From: Macrostomum hystrix
Lineage: Eukaryota; Animalia; Platyhelminthes
Length of the DNA: 64,000 bases
Direction: 5' to 3'
Assembly: GCA_950097015.1 (NCBI GenBank)
Contig: CATNEN010000005.1
Coordinates: 4,588,001 to 4,652,000, forward strand
Below the pieces are notes generated by a model. It did no database searches. It saw only the letters and a program-made list of their open reading frames with translations, and had not been told where the DNA came from. Numbering within the stretch: position 1 is the stretch's first letter; each line of letters begins with the position of its first letter. The translations under genes and the position numbers were made by a program. Positions 11,801 to 25,125 of the stretch are shown here, piece by piece.

Positions 11801-14800
11801 CTTTCCATCACGCTGACCTCGCGAGATAGCAGACGCTGCGTTTTTGCATCCAACTTGGTCTTGTCCAAGATTTTGATGGCCACTTTCTCTGCGGATGATC
11901 AAAAGTTGAGTATAAAGTAATTAGGATTACTCAAGCAAAGTATCTTGAAATCCTTCAATGACTTAATGACTTGAGGAACATGATCAGACCATTTGTGTGT
12001 GTCATTCTCAGCAGATTCTGTGTGTCATTCTCAGCAGATTCTGTGTGTCATTCTCAGCAGATTCTATGTGTCATTCTCAGCAGATTCTGTGTGTGATTCT
12101 CAGCAGACTCTGTGTGTCATTCTCAGCAGATTCTGTGTGTCATTCTCAGCAGATTCTGTGTGTCATTCTCAGCAGATTCTATGTGTCATTCTCAGCAGAT
12201 TCTGTGTGTGATTCTCAGCAGATTCTGTGTGTCATTCTCAGCAGATTCTGTGTGTCATTCTCAGCAGATTCTGTGTGACATTCTCAGCAGATTCTGTGTG
12301 TCATTCTCAGCAGATTCTGTGTGTCATTCTCAGCAGATTCTGTGTGTCATTCTCAACAGATTCTGTGTGACATTTCAAATCTACCTCTTATGATAAAAAG
12401 GCAGCGATCGAGAGCCTTAGCACTAATCATTGGAAGTACAACAAGCATTGACTGCTTGACGATGGCACAATAAATCAGAGAAAGAATGGTCTACAATAGA
12501 GAATTTGATATAAAGAACTTTAAAATTTGTACGCCGCTTTCAGTGCAGACGCTTGCCCTTGAGCATAGTTCAATTGCTCATTGTATAGACTTTTACAGGC
12601 TACACAGAAGCCATGCTAATAAATTTTCTATTCAATTCTTTTCTTTCCTTGTATCCAAAGACGCTGGAAGGCTGGCAACGATTTACCTCAGAGCCTCAAT
12701 CGGTCATTCTTCTATTTTCTTCCGCATGGGAATCATTTCATGCGGCATTTGAAGGGTTGGGGAGAGTGAGGGGCATTGTTAAACTGCTCCTCTTCCAGAC
12801 TGGGAGAAAAAAATCAGGTACAAACTGGATTAACTGTAAAGAGCTTGTAAAGTTCATTTACTTGCAATCGCCAAAATTCCTACCGTGAAAGCGGTTAGAC
12901 TTGGATCTGCGCTTTGCCAGCATAATTATAGCTAGACTCGGGCAAGAGACTCTCTTTCACTCACTTACTCAATGCTTCATCCTTTTGTCTAGTTTTTTTC
13001 GAACCTGTTCTAGGCTTTTAAGTTCAAAGCTTGAGTATAGACGGCAACATTTTTTCCGTTAATACCAAGCATGCTCAAGATGACCAACTTGGCTAGTGGG
13101 GAAGTGAAAGACTAGGGTGAGGAAGGGGGCGAATTTCAAAGTCAACCGGATTGAATAACGCGCGCGCCGTTGTAGCTCCCGATTCGCACAGGGTGCTAGG
13201 TTTGCGTTACCATGGTAACGAAATAAAAGTGCACCGACATTTTTCAAGCTTATAACCTCCCTAATGTGGAGAAAATTAAATTGAAAATATGAAACGAACA
13301 AGAAAGCAATTGACAATCGATTTTTAGCTAGGATTACCAATAAAGTTTTCTTTCAACAAAAACAAAGATGGAAGATTCAAATAGAGTCAATTGAAGATTT
13401 GCTTTTGTTAATTTTCTTTAGAACAAAATTCTGCAGCGAAACTGGAGAGAGGAGTCATAAAAGTACAGGTCCGGAAAAGTGGGGCCATTTGATTTGAAGC
13501 ATAATGGCATAGTCACTTACTAGAAGACAGATAGCATCTGTTGCCATAAAAAGGACAGAGGCAAGTATGCGGCAACACAGGCAATTATATATTCTGCAGT
13601 TGTTTAGCACAGCTCATTCATTCAAGCTCATAATAGCGACTATTTGACAATTCACCTCAATGCTTACATTCTGAAGCCGCTTTGTCAATAGAAAATGAGA
13701 GCAGTTGAGCCACATCGTCTGTTATCTACATTTTCGTTCCATTTGGTTGTAATTATTCTTAACTGTCAGAATTATCTTCCTTATGAGCAATTCATGACTT
13801 CCTCCATTGCTATGACCTCTTCTTTATGATCTATTCCACTACTCTATGACCAACTCTCAAATAATCATCTTTCTCTATGACTAAATATAAAAGGATCATA
13901 TTTCTCTATGACCAACTCTCAAAATTATCATCTTACTCTATGACCAACTATCAAAATGATCATCTTACTCTATGACCAACTATCAAAATGATCATCTTAC
14001 TCTATGACCAACTATCAAAATTATCATCTTACTCTATGACCAACTCTCAGATAATCATCTTACTCTATGACTAACTATAAAAGGATCATATTTCTCTATG
14101 ACCAACTCTCAAAATTATCATCTTTCTCTATGACCAACTCTCAAAATGATCATCTTACTCTAAGACCAACTATCAAAATGACCATCTTACTCTATGACCA
14201 ACTATCAAAATGATCATCTTACTCTATGACCAAATCTAAAAAAAGTTCATCTTTCTCACGACGTCAGTTTCTAGTCGTCATTTTATGTATTTTCAAGCAT
14301 CATTCTCTGCAGCACTAGCTTAGGGACACATGGTCAGGAAAGATTAAGTCCAAGGATAATGGAATTTGCTAGACTTGTATTATACTGCCCAGCTTTGTGA
14401 AAAACAGGATTTTTACCTTGCAGTTAATTGCTAAGCTAGGGATTTTGAGCCTTATTCATGCGAACTCAAGCCAATGCTGACTGTTGTTATCGCGAAATTA
14501 ATTCCGGTCCTGCAGCTCCGGATTTGTCCTGAATTAAATATTAACAAGCCTTGCCCGGCTCAGAGCTTGCTAGAAAGTATTGAAACTTCAGTGTCACACT
14601 GCTGTGCCATTGGCTGCATTAGAAATGCGAAATTATCATTGACCCGCTATTGTTATCTGCGATGGTGAACTAGCAAGCTAACTAAGTAACTTGATAACTC
14701 ACTAACTAACTAAGTAACTTGATAACTCACTAACTAACTAAATAACTTGATAACTCACTAACTAACTAAGTAACTTGATAACTCACTAACTAACTAAGTA

Positions 14801-15783
14801 ACTTGATAACTCACTAACTAACTAAGTAACTTGATAACTCACTAACTAACTAAGTAACTTGATAACTCACTAACTAACTAAGTAACTTGATAACTCACTA
14901 ACTAACTAAGTAACTTGATAACTCACTAACTAACTAACTCACTAACTAACTCACTAACTAACTCACTAACTAACTAACTAACTTGATAACTCACTAACTA
15001 ACTAAGTAACTTGATAACTCACTAACTAACTAAGTAACTTGATAACTCACTAACTAACTAACTCACTAACTAACTAACTAACTTGATAACTCACTAACTA
15101 ACTAAGTAACTTTATAACTCACTAACTAACTAAGTAACTTAATAACTCACTAACTAACTAAGTAACTTGATAACTCACTAACTAACTAAGTAACTTGATA
15201 ACTCACTAACTAACTAAGTAACTTGATAACTCACTAACTAACTAAATAACTAACTAACTAGCTAACTAAATAACGAACTAACTAACTAACTGACTGACTT
15301 ACTAACTAGCTAGCGAACGAACTGACTAATTACTTGACTAACTAAATAAATAACTAACTAATTAACTATAGCTAACTAACTAGCTAAGCTAGCTAACGAA
15401 ATAACCAACTAACTGACTAACTAACTACATGCATCTAGCAAGCTCGTAACTAACAAACAAAACAAACTAGAATTTGCAATTAGTTTGACAGATTGAAGAA
15501 TTTCAACTGCCGTTGCCACACTAAAGAGAAGTGCATTTTTTTCTCTGTCAGTCTTGCGCAAATTTAGTGACCAATCTCTCATAAGCTTTAGTTAGTGAGA
15601 AACAGATGCGCTGTCACAAACTTGTCTTTTTATGAGGGCCCAGATGAATAGGCAGAAAAGAGATGAATCAGTGTGGGCATGGATGAGGCACGTACTTAGC
15701 CTGTCTCTCTGTGTTTCGCCTTTCATTTATCTCATGCTTTTTTCTCGCTAATATTTCTCTTAGCAATTAATCGCCGAGCTCAT

Positions 15784-15816
<33 letters not shown>

Positions 15817-16847
15817 CTGCTACTCAAAAGCTTAGTAATTAAAATGCGAGGTAGATATTTTAAGATTGTTCACACTATTCTACAATTAGCTTTATGCATG
15901 CTCTTTTTGTTCTTAATTCTCGCCTGTATGAATTGTTATTGCATTTTTATATCGGCCCTAATCGTAACTAAATTGCAGTTTAGATATTCGCTTTAGGCAT
16001 GCTGCACGACAATCACAACTCGACAGATGGAAAAGATAGATAAATACATTGATAGATATCGATAGATCAATGGATAGATTGATTCATCAATCGATGGATG
16101 GATGGATAGATTAATAGAAGAATGGATTATTAGATAGATGGATGGATATATGGATTAATGGATGCATGGATGAATGGATGGATGGATGAATGGATGAATG
16201 GATGGATGGATGGATGGATGGATGGATGGGTGGATGGATGGATGGATGGATGGATGGATGAATGGATGAATGGATGGATGGATGGATGGATGGATGGATG
16301 GATGGATGAATGAATGGATGGATGGATGGATGGATGGATGGATGGATGGATGGATGGATGGATGGATGGATGGATAGATGGATGGATGGATGGATGGATG
16401 GATGGATGGATGCATGGATGGGTGGGTGGGTGGCTTACCCTTGGTCAGCGCATGGGTCGCTAGCTTGACTTGGGAGAAGTTGCCAGTACCCAGTTCGCCT
16501 CGTATTCTGTAGAAGCCGATGCGCCTGCCCAGGGTGATCTCCTTCTGAACTCCGTCGTCATTCTCCATTTCAAAGGTGAGCTTCTCGAAGGCGGTCATCA
16601 GCGAGCCGTTGACCGCATCTGCCCGGCCGTAGAGCTGGGAGCCTGTGGACCCTGCCACACTCAAACTACTGGCTGTGCCGTAGCCCAGCGAGTCTGAGTG
16701 AGGCACAGAGCCCTGACTGTCGCGTCCTGGCTTTGATGTACTGGACGCCGGCTGTCGGCCATCGGTGCCGTTGGCCTCGGCGCTGCTGCCGTTGTTAATT
16801 CTACTGCTACCGTTGGCGTTGCCGTTAGTAACGCCCTCCGCAGTCAT
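8885..16847 (-). CDS. NIM1K: Serine/threonine kinase NIM1 (AMPK-related), 3 coding exons, 497 aa
   Basis: Exons 16847-16439, 11888-11620, 9700-8885, GT-AG and in phase. FEKLT...[27 protein letters not shown] / [25 protein letters not shown] / [11 protein letters not shown]...[10 protein letters not shown]...[18 protein letters not shown] are characteristic of NIM1K. Ends in CNLL. Confidence 0.93.
9808..10180 (-). mobile_element. tRNA-derived SINE family A, full length, NIM1K intron 2
   Basis: (AAT)n tail, B box GTTCGATTCC on minus strand; 12-bp TSD AGTACAATAGAT (9798-9809) / AGTACAGTAGAT (10189-10200). Confidence 0.9.
11206..11510 (+). mobile_element. tRNA-derived SINE family B with CORE-like central domain
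   Basis: A box TAGCCGAGTGG, B box GGTTCGATTCC, then TGTGTCCTTTAGCAACACACTAAAC...CTTCAGTTCACCCAGCTGTTAAATGGG (11288-11348) resembling the MIR/CORE consensus; second copy at 25612-25888. Confidence 0.78.
11990..12372. repeat. Minisatellite, 23-bp unit (TCTCAGCAGATTCTGTGTGTCAT), ~16 copies, NIM1K intron 1
   Basis: Period 23 seen directly. Confidence 0.95.
13206..13219. promoter_or_regulatory. Perfect RFX X-box-like palindrome GTTACCATGGTAAC
   Basis: 14-bp palindrome next to a CpG-rich patch (GCGCGCGCCG) in NIM1K intron 1; could be transposon-derived. Confidence 0.35.
13835..14250. repeat. Minisatellite, ~32-bp unit (CTCTATGACCAACTATCAAAATGATCATCTTA)
   Basis: About 12-13 diverged copies seen directly. 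Confidence 0.9.
14685..15460. repeat. Minisatellite, 28-bp unit (AACTAACTAAGTAACTTGATAACTCACT) decaying into (TAAC)n
   Basis: About 20 units to ~15250, then degenerate TAAC tetramers. Confidence 0.93.
16030..16432. repeat. (GGAT)n microsatellite beside the NIM1K exon 1 donor
   Basis: Long ggat/gaat run; explains the HPSI tail of ORF 16155-16847. Confidence 0.95.
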
Positions 16848-19517
16848 TGTAAGGGGAGATTTAAAAAATCTCAGTTCTCAGGCTTCTGCTATTGTTTTAG
16901 TGTGGTCCCCTAGAATAGTTGCGGAGTACAATTAATATCATTTAGTTTGGGTCAGGGTGAGACAGAATTATAATAAGTCGGAAGGAACGGAAACACTCTC
17001 TCACGAACTCTGCTTTGCTTAAAGACGCTTTTTAACAAGTCGTCTACGAGCCGTCATTTTATTTATATGTTAAGTCTCTAAATGAACAATGAATAGAGCA
17101 TACGAGAGTGTGACAACGCGGCCTTTCTGATTGGCCCAAAGTTGGTCGAAGACATTGTTACAGCAACTAGCATAGCCAATGGCAGTTTCCATGGCGGGGG
17201 GGGAAACAGACACAGTAGGTCAAGCATTGGGCTCACTGTACTCGGAGCTTGCAGACTTCTTTTCTCTCCGTCTCTCTGTCATGGTTGTCAAGGACGCTAT
17301 TGCGACACACAGAGACAGAGACAGAGAGAGAGGGTGCAGTGCAGGGAGATGAGGAAGTGGAATGAGTTTAAATTATTGGGAGACAGAAACGGAGGCAGTT
17401 GAGGGGACACACAGGACAGTCAACATAGTTATTGGGGGTGGGCTATGCATTGTTTGCATTTACTCCGGTGTTAAAAACGCTATAGCAGCCTCGCAAGGTA
17501 CGAGGTACGGGACTAGTATACTAGATGTGGGTGTGGGGTTGGCTAGTGTGGACCAACTCTCTGTTACCCACGCATTGTCCTGCAGCCGGAGACTGGTGTT
17601 GGGGTTGGTTGCGCCGGCCTAGCTCTGCTGCAGGTGCATAAATTGAAGTAGCTCGCATGCAATTAGTTTTTAGTGCAAATCACCCATCCCCTACCTCCCT
17701 ATGCCTTCGCTGAGACAGACTGTTCAAGCTAATCCTGTTGTCTTCCATTTACTGCATTGAGCTAGCTAATTTTGGACACCAGTTATAGAGTTCGCGTGTG
17801 TGAGTTATATAAAAGTACAGATATAATATTTAGGATGCCATAAATTTACTGAGATGTTATTTTTATCTTCCTGTGTCTCTCTCACCTTGTGTCTCTCTAG
17901 TCTATTCAACAACCTAATTGCTATTGGTCAGATTTTTTTCATTCAGAGAAGGAGCATCGGACCTTAACTAGCTAAGAAATGAGCTAGAAAAAGTAGACGG
18001 TTCATTCAACTGTAAAACTATCTTCTTTGACAATAAAGCTCATAGCTTCATCATTCGCTCGTATACTCAACAATTATACTTGAGTTGGTTGAGTGTGCAA
18101 TAACAAGTGCAATATTTTAACTTGTCTATTGAGTAACAAAGCAATGGACAGTATTTAGTTCAGTGCACGGGAGAGGAAGGAGTAATCAGGCGTTTATGAG
18201 CACAATGGGTCCTCACTTTCGAAATTATTCTGAACTAAAGTGAGCACACAGATAATCAATTGATCTATGGCTACAGTTTCAATTAAACATTCTACATTCC
18301 ATTCAGAATAAAAGCTAGCAGGCAGACCATTTTGGCTGCTTTGTATACTTTGAATAGAAATTTTTGCAGCATGAAATCCAATTAGCTGCTATGCAAATCA
18401 TTATAAAGCCTTTTTGTGGCTGTGTTGTGTGTAATTGACTGTTTCATAAAAATAATAATTTTTATTCTGCTAGTCAAATAAAAGTACATAACTTAGACAG
18501 TACTTAACTGGACGAAGTATGCTTAATAGTGTGATAAAAATAGACAAACGGATACTACATTTTCAAACAGAAAATTAGCTACAAGTAAAAAAATATTTTC
18601 TAAAACATTAAATTATTTAATAAATTAGATACTAGTTTTCGTAAATTTTTTTTCGAAAGATGGGCTAACCAATACTGAAAAATATATAATCTGTATCCAA
18701 TGTCCATGTGTACAATGAAAAATTTAAACAAGCAAGAAGAGAACTTAGCTTTTTTAATTGGAAAGTTGGGTAATTGTCTTAAGGACAACTTTATGATAAT
18801 TATACTTACATTATGATTAGTGTGACAAGTCTAAAAAAGATAAGTCTTAAAAAAGTAAGAAAAATAAAAATTATTTTTAAATATGTTATAGTCTATGATT
18901 ATTTTTTTAAATACCTAATTTCAAGAAACAATAAGATTAAGTTGTACTTGTTTTTGCTTCTTGAAACAACACAAGCAGCAAACAAAAAATAGACTTCAAA
19001 CAATACCTGCAAACAGAAAATTCACTATTACATATGCAATTAAAAATCAAAATAGTTCAATTGTGCTTGTTTTTTCGACTAAAATCTGCCGTTTAGTTCA
19101 GGGATAAGCCTATCTTTCCATTGTCCTCGGCTTAATAACTGAATCTCAATCAATAAAAACACGCAAAATTTTAATTTAAAAGTTGAAAGCTGTATATGCG
19201 TATCTATCTGTAACAAACATGTCTTTCAGATAAACAAATCAGTATATTTTCTTTCGAAAGGGCAATTAAATAATAATAAATGTGTTGTATTACAGCATTT
19301 TTTAGTAATTTTTTATAATAAAGCTGCTAATAAGATAAGTTTTACGGTCAACGAACAATACATTTTAACGGTTGCACTAAGCGATACATTTAATTGACTA
19401 CTTGTGCTGGGACTTTAAAAAATAAACAATAGGTACTTAGCGAACATTAAGGTAAAAAGATAAGCTATTGCAGATTGAATTGTGTAGCAAACATGTTTAC
19501 CATCAACCAAAAACTGT

Positions 19518-20675
19518 TTACATATGCATCGTGGGTCGATCAGTTTGGCGATTCCTTCGTTTTAACACCTGTGCTTGTCCAATGCAGTCGTAGGCAAGCC
19601 TTCCACCTACGGTGGTATGCATCCAGCTCAATATCAGCTTGCTGTAGCTCAGACTAGGCGCCTCCAAAACGATAAAAACAGAGCGCAGGCAAGGCAAAAG
19701 GATAATGTAAGCAGAAATAGCTAGACCAATCAGTATCGATGCCACTCCGATTGCCATAGATAGATTGCGCTTGATCATTAGTGGCGCGCAGAGATCAGGA
19801 AATGACAGGAACCGGTTGGACTTAGTGATGCTCAACACTGGACAGACAATTAGAGCCATAGTCACAGTAATTAGAAATAGTATGCCCTGTAAATCAACTC
19901 TGAAATATGCAGATATTAAAAGGTCGAGTCGTCGACAAAAGTTATTTAATTTAAAAAAGGTAAATAAAATGAAACCGTACAAAAATCGCGCATCCATGAA
20001 TGGCTTTGAAAAGTATCTTTAAAATGATAATTACTTAGGTAGATCTAGCGAATCTGTCCACTCGGCCATGAGTTCTGCAACCTGCAGAGCTCCTCGCTTA
20101 CTGTTTTTAGTTCGCGCAATTGTTCGGGACAAGACTGGTCGAGGCTCCTGCCCAATGCCCGATCGATCAGCGTCTTTGGGATAGTTCTGTTGCTTCAAAT
20201 CATATCCGTCCTCTTCTGGGCATTGTTAGTAATGGAAAAATAGTGTAAAGAATCTGTACATTAGATAAACTATAAGCGACATAAATGAGAACCAATAATC
20301 AACAAGTAAAATTACTATTCGCCGGTGCTGCTTCTAAAAGATAATATTGAAAAAGAAAGCAGAAATCAGTAGCTCACCTGAAGCATCGTAGTAGTTTCGC
20401 AATTCAGTTTCATTTTGATTTTCTGCTGGCCGACATTCCATCTCTTCCATTTTAGAGGAATCGTCGCTATTTGCTTGAAATCTTCTAGATGTATGTCCAG
20501 CACTAATTGTTTCATTATTGTACGCATTGTTATCCTGAGCCGCGTTCTTTATAACATTTACACATTGTGTACCGTCATTTGCCTCTTCTTCTTCTTCTTC
20601 TTCTTCTTTTTTGGTGTCTCCTTTCATTTCATAGCCTCTTGGTTTGTCGTTCGTATCTTCGAATAACTTTTCCAT
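19518..20675 (-). CDS. Orphan gene, 3 in-phase exons (~286 aa): acidic N-terminal region plus two hydrophobic segments; may extend further 5'
   Basis: Exons 20675-20378 (donor GTGAGC), 20215-20035 (TACTAAC branch motif before the acceptor; donor GTAATT), 19899-19518. Lengths 298/181/382 keep the frame open to TAA. No family recognised. Confidence 0.55.
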
Positions 20676-21220
20676 GCTTTTGTTACAAACCAGTTATTAT
20701 GAAACTATAAATTTACCGAAATATCTAAGTCTTTCTCCTCTACTAGAATTTAAAACCGAATCGAATTCCAATTTCAAGGCGAATGTTACCATAGACTAGA
20801 TGAGGTCTAAGAAACTTGCTTCTTAAAATTAAATACACGGCAACTACAGCATAACAAAGTAATTTAACGAAAGTCATTGGTGTAGCTAAAAGTGCATCAC
20901 CGCATGCAGGGCTATTATGCTCGCGCCATGGCTCAAACCATGAGCAAAGTCTGCAGCGGGTGCAACTGAAGGTCAATACTTGCTGTGAGTAATGATGGCT
21001 CAATAATAATATCTCTCCCATATTATGAAGCTGCTTTGGGGCATGTTTGCTCGATGAAAATTTGAAGGAAAGGCAAATAGAGGGGAAATTGGACCTCCAG
21101 TTAAAGAAGACTTTAATAGTACGTCTACGGTATTATTTAAGGAACTTGTCGCACTCTAAACAAATTTATTTAGCCTATTTAAACCTAGAAACATTGACTT
21201 AAAAACATGAAAATAAGTTC

Positions 21221-21465
21221 GATTACGCGGCGAGGCCACATTCATTTGGGGCGCAGCCGCGGAGAGAAGGCTTGGGGGCTTGTCGTGAAATTTACGCCCT
21301 TTAGGGCCTACCTTCAATGCCTGACGATGAGAAAGTCAGGGCAGATGTACACGCTGTGTGAGCGTGTGCCTGCGTACGGTCTCTGTGTGCGTGTGTGCTC
21401 AGGAGTCAGCGAAATGGGCAGAATTGCCTCCTCGCTGTACCATTGCCCGCAGCTCTCGTGCAAGT
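21221..21465 (+). mobile_element. SINE family A, 5'-truncated, internally deleted copy
   Basis: Shares body sequence (GCGAGGCCACATTCATTTGGGGCGCAGCCGCGG...) with the other copies. Confidence 0.85.
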
Positions 21466-21784
21466 TGTACTATTAGAGCTGGGCTATACAGTACAACAAA
21501 ACGATCTCACAAGTCTTAAAAAGGTCACTCTAATTGAGATCATATAGTCATTGAAAGATCAGTCAATAAGAAACTAGATGGATAGCTCAGGCTTTGTTGC
21601 CGATATGAATCCTATAGCATTGCCTTTTGTACAGGAACAAAAAGGAGAGATTTTCATCAGAATTATCGAGCTGCAGAATCTGATAAGTACCTGGCAACTC
21701 AAATTTATCTTTTGTGCTGCGTCGGCTGAGCTTAGGATAAGCTGAGACTCAAATCCCGAGTGTATTTTTTGCTTGTCCCTCAGC

Positions 21785-21958
<174 letters not shown>

Positions 21959-22621
21959 ATGTTTTCTTTGAAAATTACTATAATGATGAGCAATTTGAAC
22001 TTTTAACAGAAATTTTGCTTATTAGAATAAGCAAATAGGATAATAGTTTTGCATACTAACTAGTAAAATAATGTTTAAAAGCATTAGATGAATGCAGCAA
22101 ATAAAAAAGTGTCAATTTAACAGATTAATTGGAGTTTCTGTTACATTTTGTCTAAAAAATATTCTCGTCCAGACACCTGTCAATCAAGGTACAAAATTTA
22201 CACTTGACCAAGCACTTTATCTCCAACTGGCTGACAGCTTCAACTTGTCAGCTAGCCTTTGGCCAACCGTTGGCCTGCCAGTTTCCATAGCAACAGTCTT
22301 ATCAACGGCATCCCATGCTTGACGCTTTGCATTTCCGCTGCTATCTTCAGATTTTGATGCTTCGTAGAAGCTGCGAACTTTTTCGATAGATTGACCACGA
22401 CGTAATAGGCGGCGGAATACGCTTCCGCTGCTGCTGCTGCTGCTGCTACCAGTGGCTTCAGAAACCGATGTTGCTGCCCTATTGCTGGGGCAGCACTCTG
22501 GGTTGTCACTCCAAGCCAACTGGGTTTCAGCCGGAGGTAGCACTGCTACCTGCTGCTGCACATTATGGTGCGACTGAGGGAGCGACATTGCAGATTAATG
22601 GTGTTAATTAGAGAGTGACAC

Positions 22622-23002
22622 AAGGGGGTTGGTGGCAGAGCGTTCTAACGCGTTTGCCTCTCGTTTGCCTTTGCCAAGGTCCCTAAGTTCGATTCCTAAG
22701 TCCCACGGCGAGGCCACATTCATTTGGGGCGCAGCCGCGGAGAGAAGGCTTTGGTGGCTTGTCGTGCAATTTACGCCCTTGAGAACCAACCTCTAAGGCA
22801 CAGTGAGAGTGTACACTGCCTGACAATGTGAGAGTCGGGGCAGATGTACACACCTGTGTGAGCGTGTGCCTGCGTACAGTATCTGTGTGCGTGTGTGCTC
22901 AGGAGTCAGCGAAATGGGCAGAATTGCCTCCTCGCTGGCTGCAGGTCTAGAGTCACTAAATGGTGTGCCACTGCCCGCAGCCCTCCTGCAATTATTTTTA
23001 TT
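22622..23002 (+). mobile_element. SINE family A, full length
   Basis: A/B boxes, body, T/A-rich tail; GAGAGTGA(C/G)AC on both flanks (putative TSD). Confidence 0.88.
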
Positions 23003-23004
23003 AT

Positions 23005-24280
23005 GAGAGTGAGACTGGAGATAAATAGTGTGAAATACAGAGTACATTGTAGATAAATGGTGTGAAATACAGAGTGACTATGGAGATAAATGGTGTGAAA
23101 TACGGAGTGACACTGGAGATAAATGGTGTGAAATACGGAGTGACACTGGAGATAAATGGTGTGAAATACGGAGTGACATTGGAGATAAATAGTGTGAAAT
23201 ACAGAGTGACACTGGAGATAAATGGTGTGAAATAAGGAGTGACACTAGAGATAAATGGTGTGAAATACCGAGTGACACTGGAGATAAATGGTGTGAAATA
23301 CAGAGTGACACTGGAGATAAATGGTGTGAAATACAGAGTGACACTGGAGATAAATGGTGTGAAATACGGAGTGACACTGGAGATAAATGGTGTGAAATAC
23401 GGAGTGACACTGGAGATAAATGGTGTGAAATACGGAGTGACATTGGAGATAAATAGTGTGAAATACAGAGTGACACTGGAGATAAATGGTGTGAAATACG
23501 GAGTGACACTAGAGATAAATGGTGTGAAATACCGAGTGACACTGGAGATAAATGGTGTGAAATACAGAGTGACACTGGAGATAAATGGTGTGAAATACAG
23601 AGTGACACTGGAGATAAATGGTGTGAAATACAGAGTGACACTGGAGATAAATGGTGTGAAATACGGAGTGACACTGGAGATAAATGGTGCGAAATACAGA
23701 GTGACACTGGAGATAAATGGTGTGAAATACAGAGTGGTATTGAAGATAAATGGTGTGAAATACAGAGTGACATTGGAGATAAATGGTGTGAAATACAGAG
23801 TGACATTGGAGATAAATGGTGTGAAATACAGAGTGACATTGGAGATAAATGGTGTGAAATACAGAGTGACACTGGAGATAAATGGTGTGAAATACAGAGT
23901 GACACTGGAGATAAATGGTGTGAAATACGGAGTGACACTGGAGATAAATGGTGCGAAATACAGAGTGACACTGGAGATAAATGGTGTGAAATACAGAGTG
24001 ACACTGGAGATAAATGGTGCGAAATACAGAGTGACACTGGAGATAAATAGTGTGAAATACAGAGTGGCATTGAAGATAAATGGTGTGAAATACGGAGTGA
24101 CATTGGAGATAAATGGTGTGAAATACGGAGTGACATTGGAGATAAATGGTGTGAAATACGGAGTGACATTGGAGATAAATTGTGTGAAATACAGAGTGAC
24201 ACTGGTGATAAATGGTGTGAAATACAGAGTGACATTGGAGATAAATGGTGTGAAATACAGAGTGACACTGGAGATAATAC
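23005..24280. repeat. Minisatellite, 33-bp unit (GAGTGACACTGGAGATAAATGGTGTGAAATACA), ~38 copies
   Basis: Translates as an 11-aa repeat VTLEINGVKYR, giving period 33. Confidence 0.96.
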
Positions 24281-24574
24281 GTGAAGAAAAGTGGAATTTA
24301 ATAAAATAGTGGAATGTTCACTCACCATTTTTAATTCTATTTCAGGGGCTGTGCCATCTTTGTAAGACATTTTTGCCCTAAAATGAGTTTTTACCTAGAT
24401 CAATTTCAAATCCACAATTAATTCTTGCCAAAGTCCCTTTCCTCACAATGAGGTTTTTATTCCCATTATGGGATAGAGAATGATTATACTATCCCCTCTG
24501 CTGCGATCTCATTGGCCCAAAGATTTTAAGTACTTCCCAACGCATTCCAGGAACTTCCCACTTCTTTTGCACTC

Positions 24575-25125
24575 AATCACCCTTCAGAGAGTGTCTCAAT
24601 CCCTTCACACCGTTCAGAGAGTGTCTCAATCCCCTCACACCCTTCAGAGAGTGTCTCAATCCCCTCACACCCTTCAGAGAGGGTCTCAATCCCCTCACAC
24701 CCTTCAGAGAGGGTCTCAATCCCCTCACACCCTTCAGAGAGTGTCTCAATCCCTCACACCCTTCAGAGAGTGTCTCAATCCCCTCACACCCTTCAGAGAG
24801 GGTCTCAATCCCCTCACACCCTTCAGAGAGGGTCTCAATCCCCTCACACCGTTCAGAGAGTGTCTCAATCCCTTCACACCCTTCAGAGAGTGTCTCAATC
24901 CCTTCACACCCTTCAGAGAGTGTCTCAATCCCTTCACACCCTTCAGAGAGTGTCTCAATCCCTTCACACCCTTCAGAGAATGTCTCAATCCCCTCACACC
25001 GTTCAGAGAGTGTCTCAATCCCCTCACACCGTTCAGAGAGGGTCTCAATCCCCTCACACCGTTCAGAGAGTGTCTCAATCCCCTCACACCCTTCAGAGAG
25101 TGTCTCAATCCCTTCACACCCTTCT
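24575..25125. repeat. Minisatellite, 30-bp unit (CCTTCAGAGAGTGTCTCAATCCCCTCACAC), ~18 copies
   Basis: Period 30 seen directly. Confidence 0.95.

Noticed and set aside
15784-15996. Poly-Leu signal-peptide-like ORF
   Set aside because: Produced by a (CTG)n microsatellite in NIM1K intron 1; no true ATG and no downstream coding signal.
16155-16438. HPSI-repeat extension of the NIM1K first ORF
   Set aside because: Read-through past the GTAAGC donor at 16438 into a (GGAT)n microsatellite.
21318-21345. Hammerhead ribozyme in SINE-A (CTGACGA...GAAA-GTC)
   Set aside because: There is no room for stem II or stem III; the bases are the loop of a simple long hairpin and vary among copies.
22217-22588. 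123-aa Ser-rich ORF as a separate gene or first exon of the orphan gene
   Set aside because: No convincing donor or homology found; left unannotated rather than called.
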